DNA of 64,000 bases from Mizuhopecten yessoensis (GCF_002113885.1 NW_018408026.1:45391-109390); one strand, 5' to 3'. Shown: positions 13,317-27,680, counted from the stretch's first letter. The notes: generated by a model not told the origin, from the letters alone. Numbers and translations are program-made.

Positions 13317-15552
13317 GAAGTCAGATTTTGGTGAGGCCAAGTTTATGTTCCGGTCAAGCAATGTTCGCGAAATATTCCAATGCATTAGAAAAAACATAGC
13401 ACGCGCTGTCGAGCAGCGACAACGGAAACTATCGACAGACTCTCTAGAATGGCGCGGGAGAGCATCTTCAGCTTCCAACAGTGAGAAGGGTTATAAGATG
13501 CTTTTAGAGAGAAGCAGAGAAAATCTGAATGTATCCAGCGACTCCATTGACAGCATAAGTGGGACTTCAGGTAGTACAAAACAGAGGACTAAAAGTCAAG
13601 ATAGTTTACATAATGTCGGTTCACTTGAAACCTTTCCTCCACCTAAACCCCCGCGCTTGCCACCTAAAGCAGATCAAATTGATGGCAATCAGTTATCAAG
13701 TTGTTATGACGAACTTTCCCTCCCTTCAGCAGCAAAAGTTGATGCTAAGAAGGAATCACCTTCAATCGTCTCTACTGAGGTCATTCATGATAAGGAGAAT
13801 CAGCGGTTTGTAGAGGTAAACCACGACAAGTATGGCTACAGTCACATCCCGTGCCAGATACCTCCAGAGTCTCGGATCAGTGTTGTGCGTTCCGTGTCCG
13901 GATATGATGACGTCGATTTAAGCCCGACCTCAGAAAAAGGTAGAACGATTCCAAACCGTTTAGATCATAACCAAGATCTTAGGTCTGGTTCAGTCAAATC
14001 TAATGACTCAGGTTTTGTAGCGTCTCCAGATGTCGAGACTTCGGGTTCTACGGTACGACAGACAGCCACCGGCTTAAAAGCCAATCACAAAAAGAACGGC
14101 TCGTTTGACAGCGCTATATATACGTCATCTGGCGTGGAGTCGATCAGTGCAGCGGTAAATGACGTGCTTATCGTCACCGAACTATCGACAGGCAACAAAA
14201 CTTACGATAACATTGACTGTTCGGTCCCAGTCGACCATAGTGAGATATATAGCGATATACATTCTCATTCCAAACATGACACTCATATAAACGAAGAGAC
14301 AGAGACACAATACGAGGACACACATATAAACGAAGAAACAGAGACACAATACGAGGACCTTGAAAAGTACCGAAAAGATCTAAGCAAGTATCTCGGCATG
14401 GATCCTCGAGTGAACCCAAAAGACGTACCGCCTTCTTTGCCAGACCGACCCACTTCGCTACCGATTCGGCGGAAGGAGTTCAAGAAAAAGACCAAAAAGT
14501 CGAAATCTAGCAGAAAAGTTACATTTTCGCGTTTTCTAAAAGAACGTAACAGTGCACATAGTCGAACTGCATCCGTAACGTCGACATCTTCATCGTCATC
14601 TGTGTCTGATGGCGAAGAAGAATCGTCCATTCCGAAGATACCAACATTCCAAATGTTAAAACACATGCAGAAGAACACTCTTTATGAACAGACTAGCGTT
14701 CACGACGACAAAAACAATATGTTGACAGTTTCTACAACGAACAACCCAGATAATGTCCCACATAGACACTCTTCGGATCCAGTGCTTATGGGGGCGTCTC
14801 AAAGCCTTACAAACACACAAAGTGCAGGCTATGTTGAGGTCAAAAACGAACCCAAAAGGACAGTTTCTTTTGACTTATTAACGGGAGAACTTTTGGAAGA
14901 TTCCGTCGTTACAACGAATGATCACACAGTGTCACGTATACTATCGCCGACCTCCACAGATACTCCTAACTTTCCTCCTGTTGTTGAAAAGCTAGTCGCC
15001 ATCGACCTGCCAGAGAACAAATCGACTGAAATAGTAATGGACAGCGCTACAGGGACACAAGATCAGCTGATTTTCCGTGCAAAGCCTGATGGCAACTTTG
15101 TATGGGACCCATTTCCAAATATGACAAAACCTGACCGACCACTGATAGACTTTGACAGTAATCAAGATTTGACTTTTTCTTCCGAGAACAAAACTGTTTT
15201 GTCACCAGTTACATTAGACACAAATTGCTATGAAATCATGGTATCGCCAAGTGAAGTCAACAATTTTGGCAATCTCGATTCGCTTGACTTATCAAGCATC
15301 AAACCAGAGAGTAGCCCAATCGGTACATCAACACCAAATGCAATGTCTGTAGACAACATGGACCCATTCAATATTTTCAGCCAGGATACTTCCCCGTTGA
15401 ACGTGGCTCACAGTAGGAGTAATTCTTTCGATGTTGATGCTGACATTAGTGTCAATAAGCCAAATGACGTCAGCGAGGAGTCTACGTACATGGACATGTC
15501 AAGGGTCACACCGCCGGTCGAGGATGTGTACGTCGCGCCTTCAATGGTATGA
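13317..15552 (+). CDS. DOK/IRS-family docking adaptor, exon 4 (PTB end plus long disordered Tyr/Pro-rich tail)
   Basis: TTTTCTTACAG acceptor; (A)KSDFGEAKFMF completes the PTB; 735-aa ORF with many Tyr motifs and PxxPxR sites; total CDS 2817 nt = 938 aa + stop. Confidence 0.88.
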
Positions 15553-16039
15553 CGTCGACCAATAAGATTTTGTAACATCTTATCGTACAGCTAAACGCAT
15601 ATTCGTACAAACGTAAAAATGACTACAGATTGTACTAGACCTTATAGCATTGTCGTTTGTGTAAGCTTGTGCACACAAGTAAGATAATAAGATCAAGTTA
15701 ATCGATAGATTCATTAAAACAAGTTTGGGCAAACATGCGGACAATACAAAATTACTGAAATTAAAGATCGCTGGTAAAACTGGCAGTGATGTTTAGGGTT
15801 TCGACGAAATTCCCATTCAAATCTTGAAAACGTTCGAACTCTTCGGGATTTTATTTAAAAAATACATTTTATTCTTTCATATGTATTGGTTGTGTAATCA
15901 ATACAAATCGTATCTCAATGCCATAATATTGCCATGTTAAGAATTATCATGCAAATGTGTTATCTCTTGAAAAATGTTGACGTATATGTAATAATTTGCA
16001 TTATAGTATATACAAATAAAATTTCAAATGAAATTGTAT

Positions 16040-17600
16040 TCAAAGTATAACCAGCTTGTTTTATTAACTTGGAAAGGACCATCTAACCGAACACCTTCTT
16101 TGTACATAGTAAACCTAATATTTAACCTGCAATTCGTTAACCAATTAATAATCCTTTACTCAACAAACCTGAATTGTACATTGAAAAACCAAATATTAGC
16201 CATGTACTTAGTAAATCTAATACTTCTTTGCTAAGTAACCCTTCAGTTTTGCCCTGAACTAAGTAAACTAACCTCACACTAATATTGTCCTTGCTAAAAA
16301 CTAACCCTTTATAGAGAAAAATCTAAAACTAACCCAATATTAACTAAATATAACACGTATTGTTTACTTTGTAAATCTTACACCCACCCTATTCTTTGTT
16401 ATTTTTGGCATCTTGCTCTTATTTATCACTAACCCATGACTTTCTAAGGACTAAGTACACCTAACACTAAACTTGTACTTAGTTTTTTAACAATAACCCT
16501 GTTCTTAGAAAACCTTTATTCTACACCTCACAATAGCCCAGTCCTTCAAATGCATAACACTAACCCTGCAGTTGCCATACATAACACTTAACCTATAGTT
16601 ACTAAACATAAAACTTTCCCTGTAGATACTTAACATAACACTAATCATGTAGTTTGTTTTGTTTTTTGTTTCGTTTTTAAATTGTTTAACGGCCCATTGA
16701 CAATGCGAGTCATTTAGGGCCAACAACACTGTAAAAAGAGACATTCACGAAAATAAACACATCAAAACAAAACTTAATAGCTTAAAATATGTAACGGATT
16801 AAAGAAAAACATATATATATATCGCACAAATTGGGTGCAAATTATATCATATTTTAACTCATATTGATCAATAGAGTGTAAAGTCGAATATTAATTGCAC
16901 AGAAACTGTATCGAATAATCTTTTCATAGACTGTACATCATAAAATCTATCACGTATTTGTTTGAAATCAGCACATTCAATCATAAAGTGTTTGACTGTA
17001 AATGGTTGATCGCATGCATGACAATAAGGCTGGTCTTCCTTCCTCAAAATGTAGGACAATTTCCTCTCTGCAGTCTGCTCTACTTGTTGCACATGAACCC
17101 ACATTAGGTTGAATTTCAAATAACTTGCTGTTTAATTATTCAGACCATTTAGTTTGCCGATTCGTTTCAATAAAATTTGCTATACAAGGTTTAAAATCAG
17201 AAAAAAGGCAGTTTAATATCTTTTGGTTGTAGGTTAAGTGTAGTTACTATACATAAAACTAATCCTGTAGTTACTTAATATACCACTAGACCTAAAGCTA
17301 CCTGACATAACACTCACCCTGTAGTTACTTAACATAACGCTAACCCTGTAGTTACTTAACATAACAATAACCCTGTAGTTACTATACATAACACTAATTC
17401 TGTAGTTACTATACATAACACTAATTCTGTAGTTACTTAATATACCACTAGACCTAAAGCTACTTGACATAACACTAACCCTGTAGTTACTTAACATGAC
17501 ACTTACCCTTACTAAACTCGTTATCCTTACACTATCCTTAAGTTAACCTAAGTAACAAACCCGTACATAGTTAACCATACAATAACCCCATACTTTGTTA
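16040..17600. repeat. Degenerate 27-bp minisatellite (CATAACACTAACCCTGTAGTTACTTAA) with CTAACC-rich flanks, interrupted by a LINE
   Basis: Clear units at about 16550-16654 and 17239-17510; decayed CTAACC-rich sequence on both sides. Confidence 0.75.
16655..17238 (-). mobile_element. 5'-truncated I-group (Nimb/Ingi-like) LINE: ORF2 C-terminus, 3' UTR and (AAAC)n tail
   Basis: Minus-strand translation FSDFKPCI..KW..KLFEIQP..REEIVL / SYILRKEDQPYCHACDQPFTVKHFMIEC (CCHC knuckle); stop, frameshifts and internal deletion; flanked by TGTAGTT at 16648-16654 and 17239-17245 (candidate TSD). Confidence 0.8.
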
Positions 17601-20034
17601 CGTTTTGGTGTCAACAAAACCATTACAACACGATAGACAACGAACATAACATAAGCAAGTTTTATTGCCTGAAGTTACAATCATAAGAAAATCAAATACA
17701 GCCTTTTATCATGATACGTGACATCACATTTCTTTTTACAAACAGAAATGACTTTCATAATCTGTTCGTTCAGTTAAGACATTTATACATCTGAAAAACA
17801 AAAACAGTTGAACTCGAATTCGTTAAATTTCTTTGCTTGGTGGATATTGTCGTATACAATTACAACACACCGCCGACGCACCCAAAAGATAACCTTTGAA
17901 ATGTGAAATGTATGAAACAGTAGTGTATATATATATAATCATTTGCGTGAAAATATCGTTGGACATTAATCAAACTGAGTTTAGTGTTTCCTCTTCAATG
18001 CAATGATTTCTACTCTTGAGGTCTCGTTGTAATTTTGATCGAAGAGAAAACAATACAATATGCTCTGTCAACGAAGGAGGTATACGAATTTCTCATAAAG
18101 TATTCATTTATCATTACAACCAGCATAAATGAGCTAAAACACACATACTTTAAATCCAAGAGCGATTAGACTTTATTTTCAATATTACAAAAACGGAATT
18201 TTATAGTTTTTCTTATTAAGTTAAAGAAATAATTTTGTCAGAAAAGAAATACATATCACTATGATAACGGTAGCAACGTTATCGATAGGAAAACATTTTA
18301 CGGGAAATTGTAAATATCTCTGGTTATCATAAAAGTATTTTAACAACATTAAAATGCGCTCATTCAATCAACAACATCAACCATTTGGCAAATAACAGTA
18401 CTAACAGATAATAACAAAAAAGTCACATTAAAATTTGACAAGGCATGTTAACTTACTTCAGTGTTAAACCTACTCCCTATCTTTGGTTTATCATCCAAAC
18501 ATCTTATCGTCTAAGGTATTCTGGAATTCCTTATTGTATTCAAACTGGGGGGGGGGGGGGGAATTAATGCACGCTATGAATCTAAAACTACTAGTATTAT
18601 TTGTTTGAATATTAACGGTTACTTTTTGTATAATTTGGTACTTTACAAAATACAAATTTCATCAATAATTTCCACACTTTTAACCAGTATTTTCAAATTT
18701 GTTCTATGATATTATCATGCCGGTCTCGAACAGAGTACATATTAATATGGTAGACAAATGTTTTGTATGTTGGATGCAATACATAAGGGGATAAAGCAAA
18801 TTTGTCACAATCAAAGGATCGAGCGTTCAAATTCTGTTTACCATTCATATGATCTCCACCATGTGTATTTACATGAGCTATGCGCACCCGACTGTTGATC
18901 ACTGACAGGATAATGATTAAGAAGCAAGTTAACAAGATTGTCTCGCCGTAGGACTTTTTTTTATGAATTCTCTTGCTTCATGTTTCTTTACAGGCATTGC
19001 CAACAGCTTCAATCAAACAATGGAGAATAAGCCTATTGTTTTCCGTTTGACGATTCAATAAGCATAGAATTATAAGTGGTACCTATATGTACAGATTATC
19101 ATCCTGTGTGATTCTTTGGAGATATGTTGTCACACCAAGTCCTTGCACAATTACCTAATGTCTTGGGCTCGTTCTTTGGCGAGTACTCTATGGACTTTCG
19201 TCACAATTCTACAAATCATATCCAATTTTATTTACTCTAGTTAAGTTGTTCCACAAAGTCTCTCGAAACTAGATCGAATTTGGAAATATTTATACAACAA
19301 AAACATTTTATCTTAAAGACGTCGTTCGCTTATATTACTACCAATATATATATATTTTTTTATCTTCAAATATTTTGTTTCTTTTAGCAAGATAGAGATT
19401 TTTCACTGAAATGCAGGTTTTTTTCCACATACAAATTTATATTTATATATTATTTTTTATATAATGCGAGTAATAAATACGATACACTTTATGAAATCCT
19501 ACCGAACGTTTATGCAGTAGTCGTTCACGAGTCCACAAGTTTATGCACAATCCGGATTACCTATGTTTATACTTTCACCACAGTTCCATTACAATAAAGA
19601 GCAAATAATGATATAAACGTGGTTTCCTACCAGCAATAGTGTTAATGTTAAATCTATATTAACTGCACGACTTGTAGTGACACAATAACTATTCGTGTAT
19701 AGAAACTATAACACGTAACACGTCTGTTCGAATACCTCATTGTTCAGCAAGTCATCAACGTTTCTAAAATCCACACCTAACTAAACTTTTGATATGTTAC
19801 GTCCTATGGACATACAGTAACACCATTTCAAAAAATGTAATACCAGTCAAAAATTGTTTTCGCATCTGTAACTGCCATCAAAAGTAACACAAACTAAAAC
19901 TCAGAGGAGGGTCGACTTATATGATGCCATATATACCTTTTGTTCGAATTAAACCACAGGACATATTACTATTGCCTATTCTATAGTTTTTTTATTCGAA
20001 ATAACTGCTGTCGTTTCAGTCTATAATGCTTTAT

Positions 20035-23000
20035 ATCCTATTGGAATGTGCATGTAGGAGTATTTTGTACGACCTACTCTTTTCTATCCCATTGGTATAC
20101 ATGTAGAGTATCAAGTACTACCTACTCTTTTCTATCCCATTGGTATACATGTAGAGTGTTTAGTACTACCTACTCTTTTCTATCCCTTTGGTATACATGT
20201 AGAGTATTTAGTACTAACTACTCTTTTTATCCCATTAGTATACATGTAGGGTATTTAGAACTACCTAACAGTTACTCTTTTTTATCCCATTGGTATACAT
20301 GTAGAGTATTTAGTACTACCTACTTTTTTCTATCCCATTGGTATACATGTAGAGTGTCTAGTACTACCTATTCTTTTCTATCCCATTGGTATACATGTAG
20401 AATATTTAGTACTACCTACTCTTTTCTATCCCATTGGTATACAGGTAGAGTATTTAGTACTACTTACTCTTTTTAACCCATTGGTATACATGTAGAGTAT
20501 TTAGTATTACCTACTCTTTTCTATCCCATTGGTATACAGGTAGAGTATTTAGTACTACTTACTCTTTTTATCCCATTGGTATACATGTAGAGTATTTGGT
20601 ACTACCTACTCTTTTCTATCCCATTGGTGTACATGTAGAGTGTTTAGTACTACCTACTCTTTTTTATCCCATTGGTATACATGTAGAGTATTTAGTCCTA
20701 CTTACTCTTTTTATCCCATTGGTATACATGTAGAGTATTTGGTACTACCTACTCTTTTCTATCCCATTGGAATACATGTAGAGTATTTAGTACTACCTAC
20801 TTTTTTCTATCCCATTGGTATACATGTAGAGTATTTAGTCCTACCTACTCTTTTTACCCCATTGGTATACATGTAGAGTATTTAGTACTACATACTCTTT
20901 TCTATCCCATTGGTATACATGTAGAGGATTTAGTACTACTTACTCTTTTTATCCCATTGGTATACATGTAGAGTATTTGGTACTACCTACTCTTTTCTAT
21001 CCCATTGGAATACATGTAGAGTATTTAGTACTACCTACTCTTTTCTATCCCATTGGTATACATGTAGAGTATTTAGTACTACTTACTCTTTTTATCCCAT
21101 TGGTATACATGTAGAGTATTTAGTACTACCTACTCTTTTTACCCCATTGGTATACATGTAGAGTATTTAGTACTACCTACTCTTTTCTATCCCATTGGTA
21201 TACATGTAGAGTATTTAGTACTACCTACTCTTTTCTATCCCATTGGTATACATGTAGAGTATTTAGTACTACCTACTCTTTTCTATCCCATTGGTATACA
21301 TGTAGAGTATTTAGTACTACCTACTCTTTTCTATCCCATTGGTATACATGTAGAGTATTTAGTACTACCTACTCTTTTCTATCCCATTGGTATACATGTA
21401 GAGTATTTAGTACTACCTACTCTTTTCTATCCCATTGGTATACATGTAGAGTATTTAGTACTACCTACTCTTTTCTATCCCATTGGTATACATGTAGAGT
21501 ATTTAGTACTACCTACTCTTTTCTATCCCATTGGTATACATGTAGAGTATTTAGTACTACCTACTCTTTTCTATCCCATTGGTATACATGTAGAGTATTT
21601 AGTACTACCTACTCTTTTCTATCCCATTGGTATACATGTAGAGTATTTAGTACTACCTACTCTTTTCTATCCCATTGGTATACATGTAGAGTATTTAGTA
21701 CTACCTACTCTTTTCTATCCCATTGGTATACATGTAGAGTATTTAGTACTACCTACTCTTTTCTATCCCATTGGTATACATGTAGAGTATTTAGTACTAC
21801 CTACTCTTTTCTATCCCATTGGTATACATGTAGAGTATTTAGTACTACCTACTCTTTTCTATCCCATTGGTATACATGTAGAGTATTTAGTACTACCTAC
21901 TCTTTTCTATCCCATTGGTATACATGTAGAGTATTTAGTACTACCTACTCTTTTCTATCCCATTGGTATACATGTAGAGTATTTAGTACTACCTACTCTT
22001 TTCTATCCCATTGGTATACATGTAGAGTATTTAGTACTACCTACTCTTTTCTATCCCATTGGTATACATGTAGAGTATTTAGTACTACCTACTCTTTTCT
22101 ATCCCATTGGTATACATGTAGAGTATTTAGTACTACCTACTCTTTTCTATCCCATTGGTATACATGTAGAGTATTTAGTACTACCTACTCTTTTCTATCC
22201 CATTGGTATACATGTAGAGTATTTAGTACTACCTACTCTTTTCTATCCCATTGGTATACATGTAGAGTATTTAGTACTACCTACTCTTTTCTATCCCATT
22301 GGTATACATGTAGAGTATTTAGTACTACCTACTCTTTTCTATCCCATTGGTATACATGTAGAGTATTTAGTACTACCTACTCTTTTCTATCCCATTGGTA
22401 TACATGTAGAGTATTTAGTACTACCTACTCTTTTCTATCCCATTGGTATACATGTAGAGTATTTAGTACTACCTACTCTTTTCTATCCCATTGGTATACA
22501 TGTAGAGTATTTAGTACTACCTACTCTTTTCTATCCCATTGGTATACATGTAGAGTATTTAGTACTACCTACTCTTTTCTATCCCATTGGTATACATGTA
22601 GAGTATTTAGTACTACCTACTCTTTTCTATCCCATTGGTATACATGTAGAGTATTTAGTACTACCTACTCTTTTCTATCCCATTGGTATACATGTAGAGT
22701 ATTTAGTACTACCTACTCTTTTCTATCCCATTGGTATACATGTAGAGTATTTAGTACTACCTACTCTTTTCTATCCCATTGGTATACATGTAGAGTATTT
22801 AGTACTACCTACTCTTTTCTATCCCATTGGTATACATGTAGAGTATTTAGTACTACCTACTCTTTTCTATCCCATTGGTATACATGTAGAGTATTTAGTA
22901 CTACCTACTCTTTTCTATCCCATTGGTATACATGTAGAGTATTTAGTACTACCTACTCTTTTCTATCCCATTGGTATACATGTAGAGTATTTAGTACTAC

Positions 23001-25240
23001 CTACTCTTTTCTATCCCATTGGTATACATGTAGAGTATTTAGTACTACCTACTCTTTTCTATCCCATTGGTATACATGTAGAGTATTTAGTACTACCTAC
23101 TCTTTTCTATCCCATTGGTATACATGTAGAGTATTTAGTACTACCTACTCTTTTCTATCCCATTGGTATACATGTAGAGTATTTAGTACTACCTACTCTT
23201 TTCTATCCCATTGGTATACATGTAGAGTATTTAGTACTACCTACTCTTTTCTATCCCATTGGTATACATGTAGAGTATTTAGTACTACCTACTCTTTTCT
23301 ATCCCATTGGTATACATGTAGAGTATTTAGTACTACCTACTCTTTTCTATCCCATTGGTATACATGTAGAGTATTTAGTACTACCTACTCTTTTCTATCC
23401 CATTGGTATACATGTAGAGTATTTAGTACTACCTACTCTTTTCTATCCCATTGGTATACATGTAGAGTATTTAGTACTACCTACTCTTTTCTATCCCATT
23501 GGTATACATGTAGAGTATTTAGTACTACCTACTCTTTTCTATCCCATTGGTATACATGTAGAGTATTTAGTACTACCTACTCTTTTCTATCCCATTGGTA
23601 TACATGTAGAGTATTTAGTACTACCTACTCTTTTCTATCCCATTGGTATACATGTAGAGTATTTAGTACTACCTACTCTTTTCTATCCCATTGGTATACA
23701 TGTAGAGTATTTAGTACTACCTACTCTTTTCTATCCCATTGGTATACATGTAGAGTATTTAGTACTACCTACTCTTTTCTATCCCATTGGTATACATGTA
23801 GAGTATTTAGTACTACCTACTCTTTTCTATCCCATTGGTATACATGTAGAGTATTTAGTACTACCTACTCTTTTCTATCCCATTGGTATACATGTAGAGT
23901 ATTTAGTACTACCTACTCTTTTCTATCCCATTGGTATACATGTAGAGTATTTAGTACTACCTACTCTTTTCTATCCCATTGGTATACATGTAGAGTATTT
24001 AGTACTACCTACTCTTTTCTATCCCATTGGTATACATGTAGAGTATTTAGTACTACCTACTCTTTTCTATCCCATTGGTATACATGTAGAGTATTTAGTA
24101 CTACCTACTCTTTTCTATCCCATTGGTATACATGTAGAGTATTTAGTACTACCTACTCTTTTCTATCCCATTGGTATACATGTAGAGTATTTAGTACTAC
24201 CTACTCTTTTCTATCCCATTGGTATACATGTAGAGTATTTAGTACTACCTACTCTTTTCTATCCCATTGGTATACATGTAGAGTATTTAGTACTACCTAC
24301 TCTTTTCTATCCCATTGGTATACATGTAGAGTATTTAGTACTACCTACTCTTTTCTATCCCATTGGTATACATGTAGAGTATTTAGTACTACCTACTCTT
24401 TTCTATCCCATTGGTATACATGTAGAGTATTTAGTACTACCTACTCTTTTCTATCCCATTGGTATACATGTAGAGTATTTAGTACTACCTACTCTTTTCT
24501 ATCCCATTGGTATACATGTAGAGTATTTAGTACTACCTACTCTTTTCTATCCCATTGGTATACATGTAGAGTATTTAGTACTACCTACTCTTTTCTATCC
24601 CATTGGTATACATGTAGAGTATTTAGTACTACCTACTCTTTTCTATCCCATTGGTATACATGTAGAGTATTTAGTACTACCTACTCTTTTCTATCCCATT
24701 GGTATACATGTAGAGTATTTAGTACTACCTACTCTTTTCTATCCCATTGGTATACATGTAGAGTATTTAGTACTACCTACTCTTTTCTATCCCATTGGTA
24801 TACATGTAGAGTATTTAGTACTACCTACTCTTTTCTATCCCATTGGTATACATGTAGAGTATTTAGTACTACCTACTCTTTTCTATCCCATTGGTATACA
24901 TGTAGAGTATTTAGTACTACCTACTCTTTTCTATCCCATTGGTATACATGTAGAGTATTTAGTACTACCTACTCTTTTCTATCCCATTGGTATACATGTA
25001 GAGTATTTAGTACTACCTACTCTTTTCTATCCCATTGGTATACATGTAGAGTATTTAGTACTACCTACTCTTTTCTATCCCATTGGTATACATGTAGAGT
25101 ATTTAGTACTACCTTCTCTTTTCTATCCCATTGGTATACATGTAGAGTATTTAGTACTACCTTCTCTTTTCTATCCCATTGGTATACATGTAGAGTATTT
25201 AGTACTACCTTCTCTTTTCTATCCCATTGGTATACATGTC
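20035..25240. repeat. 48-bp satellite (CCCATTGGTATACATGTAGAGTATTTAGTACTACCTACTCTTTTCTAT), about 108 copies
   Basis: Pattern recurs every 240 nt = 5 x 48; essentially invariant core about 21150-25110. Confidence 0.98.
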
Positions 25241-26216
25241 GGATTATTTTTGTACGACTAACTGTTTTCTATCTAATAGGCATGTACTGTAGGAGTGGTT
25301 AATACAAACTACAAACCAGGAGTATTTAGTACAGCCTACTAACAGTGGACTAGCATTGATGAGGTCTAATAAGACAGTAATTACATTGTTATCGCCAATG
25401 ACGGAGTACTAATGTATCAATTAAGTACAGTTTTAAAGCTGTAGGACCTTTAATTCATAAACCAAAGAAAATACATGAATTAGATAAAAATATAAACAAA
25501 CAAATGTATCACACTCATACAGAATCACATGTCTACAAATTGCTGTAAAGCAACAAGACGTTTTACAGGGTTGCTTACCTATTAATAATGAATACACATC
25601 ATAAATACAATATTATACATACAAAAAATGTTTTGGTATTTGTAACGCCAACTTTTTTGATGCAGAGAGATTTATTTTGATTTAAATAGAATATGAAACA
25701 TACTTTATAAGTGAATCATCAAATTGAATGGAGCAAAAGCCAAAATTACTCAAACTTGTTCAAAGTAATAACATCAAGCTATTCTGTGCCAGGTCTCACA
25801 CTGACCTCACATTAATTACGATAATCAGGTGGCTGACTGATTTTCCAAATGCAGTTGTATAAGGATTGAAAAATATATATTCTTAACAGGCATCCTGGAA
25901 TGTGAGTTATATATCATTTCTTGCATTAATCACAACAGAAAAAACTGCATTATTTCAGACTATTGTCAGAAGGGAGGCTCGCCTTTTTTGTGAAACTAAT
26001 TAAAACTCCCGATAACCTTACCATTACGAAGGAAAGAAACATAACAAATGGCCTTAGATATAAAACATTCCCGTCCCCCAGCCATTGATTCAGCTGGTTT
26101 ATATTGAGGATATCTAACAGTTTATGAGTTTCCAAATATAAACATTTAGATTTAGTCCAACAAGTTAAAAAAAACTAAACAATTCAAGTCACCTTGATGG
26201 CCCTTAATCTAGAACA

Positions 26217-27680
26217 TACAGGATGACTGGTCAATATGTACAGGATGACTGGTCAATATGTACAGGGAGACTGGTCAATATGTACAGGGAGACTGGTCAA
26301 TATGTACAGGATGACTGGTCAATATGTACAGGGTGGCTGGTCAATATGTACAGGTTGGCTGGTCAATATGTACAGGTTGACTGGTCAATATGTACAGGGA
26401 GGCTGGTCAATATTACAGGATGTACCAGTCAATATGCACAGGATGACTAGTCAATATGCACAGGATGACTAGTCAATATGCACAGGATGACTAGTCAATA
26501 TGCACAGGATGAATGGTCAATATGCACAGATGACTGGTCAATATGCACAGATGACTGGTCGATGACTGGTCAATATGCACAGATGACTGGTCGATGACTG
26601 GTCAATATGCACAGATGACTGGTCGATGACTGGTCAATATGCACAGATGACTGGTCAATATGCACAGGAAGACAAGTCAACTTTACATGATGACTGGTCA
26701 ATATGACAGGATGGACCAGTCAATATGCACAAGATGACTGGTCAATATGCACAGGATTACTAGTCAATATGCACAGGATGAATGGTCAATATGCACAGAT
26801 GACTGGTCGATGACTGGTCAATATGCACAGATGACTGGTCAAGATGCACAGGATGACTGGTCAATTTGCACAGGATGACTGGTCAATTTGCACAGGATGA
26901 CTGGTCAATATGCACAGATGACTGGTCGATGACTGGTCAATATGCACAGATGACTGGTCGATGACTGGTCAATATGCACAGGATGACCGGTCAACTTTAC
27001 ATGATGACTGGTCAATATGACAGGATGCCTGGACTACCTTCTCTTTTCTATCCCATTGGTATACATGTAGAGTGTTTAGTACTACCTACTCTTTTCTATC
27101 CCATTTGTATACATGTAGAATATTTAGTACTACCTACTCTTTTTACCCCATTGGTATACATGTAGAGTATTTAGTACTACCTACTCTTTTTACCCCATTG
27201 GTATACATGTAGAGTATTTAGTACTACCTCATCCTGTACATATTGACCAGTCTCCCTGTCAATATGCACAGGATGACTGGTCAATATGTACAGGATGACT
27301 GGTCAAAATGTACAGGTTGACTAGTCAATATTACAGGATGACTGGTCAATATTACAGGATGTACCAGTCAATATGCACAGGATGACTGGTCAATATGCAC
27401 AGGATGACCAGTCAACTTTACATGATGACTGGTCAATATTACAGGATGACTGGTCAATATATACAGGGTGACTGGTCAATATGTTCAGGATGACCAGTCA
27501 ATATGTACAGGGTGACCGGTCAATATGTACAGGAAGACTGTCAATATGTACAGGGTGACCGGTCAATATGTACAGGGTGACCGGTCAATATGTACAGGGT
27601 GACCGGTCAATATGTACAAGAAGATCTGTCAATATGTACAAGAAGATCTGTCAATATGTACAGAATGATCAGTCAAACAG
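26217..27680. repeat. 22-bp minisatellite (CAGGATGACTGGTCAATATG[T/C]A) with an embedded 48-bp satellite island
   Basis: 22-nt periodicity with deletion variants; about 4 units of the 48-mer at 27033-27229. Confidence 0.95.

Noticed and set aside
14174-14678. Antisense ORFs within DOK exon 4
   Set aside because: Shadow frames of the real coding exon
16040-17600. Interstitial telomere
   Set aside because: CTAACC(C) occurs only once per 27-bp unit, with no tandem (TTAGGG)n run
17660-19570. Scattered minus-strand splice-like signals and a polyA signal suggesting a hidden gene
   Set aside because: I could not assemble a consistent reading frame, and such signals are common by chance in AT-rich DNA
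20035-25240. CRISPR-like regular array
   Set aside because: Units are contiguous and identical with no unique spacers, there are no cas genes, and the context is eukaryotic
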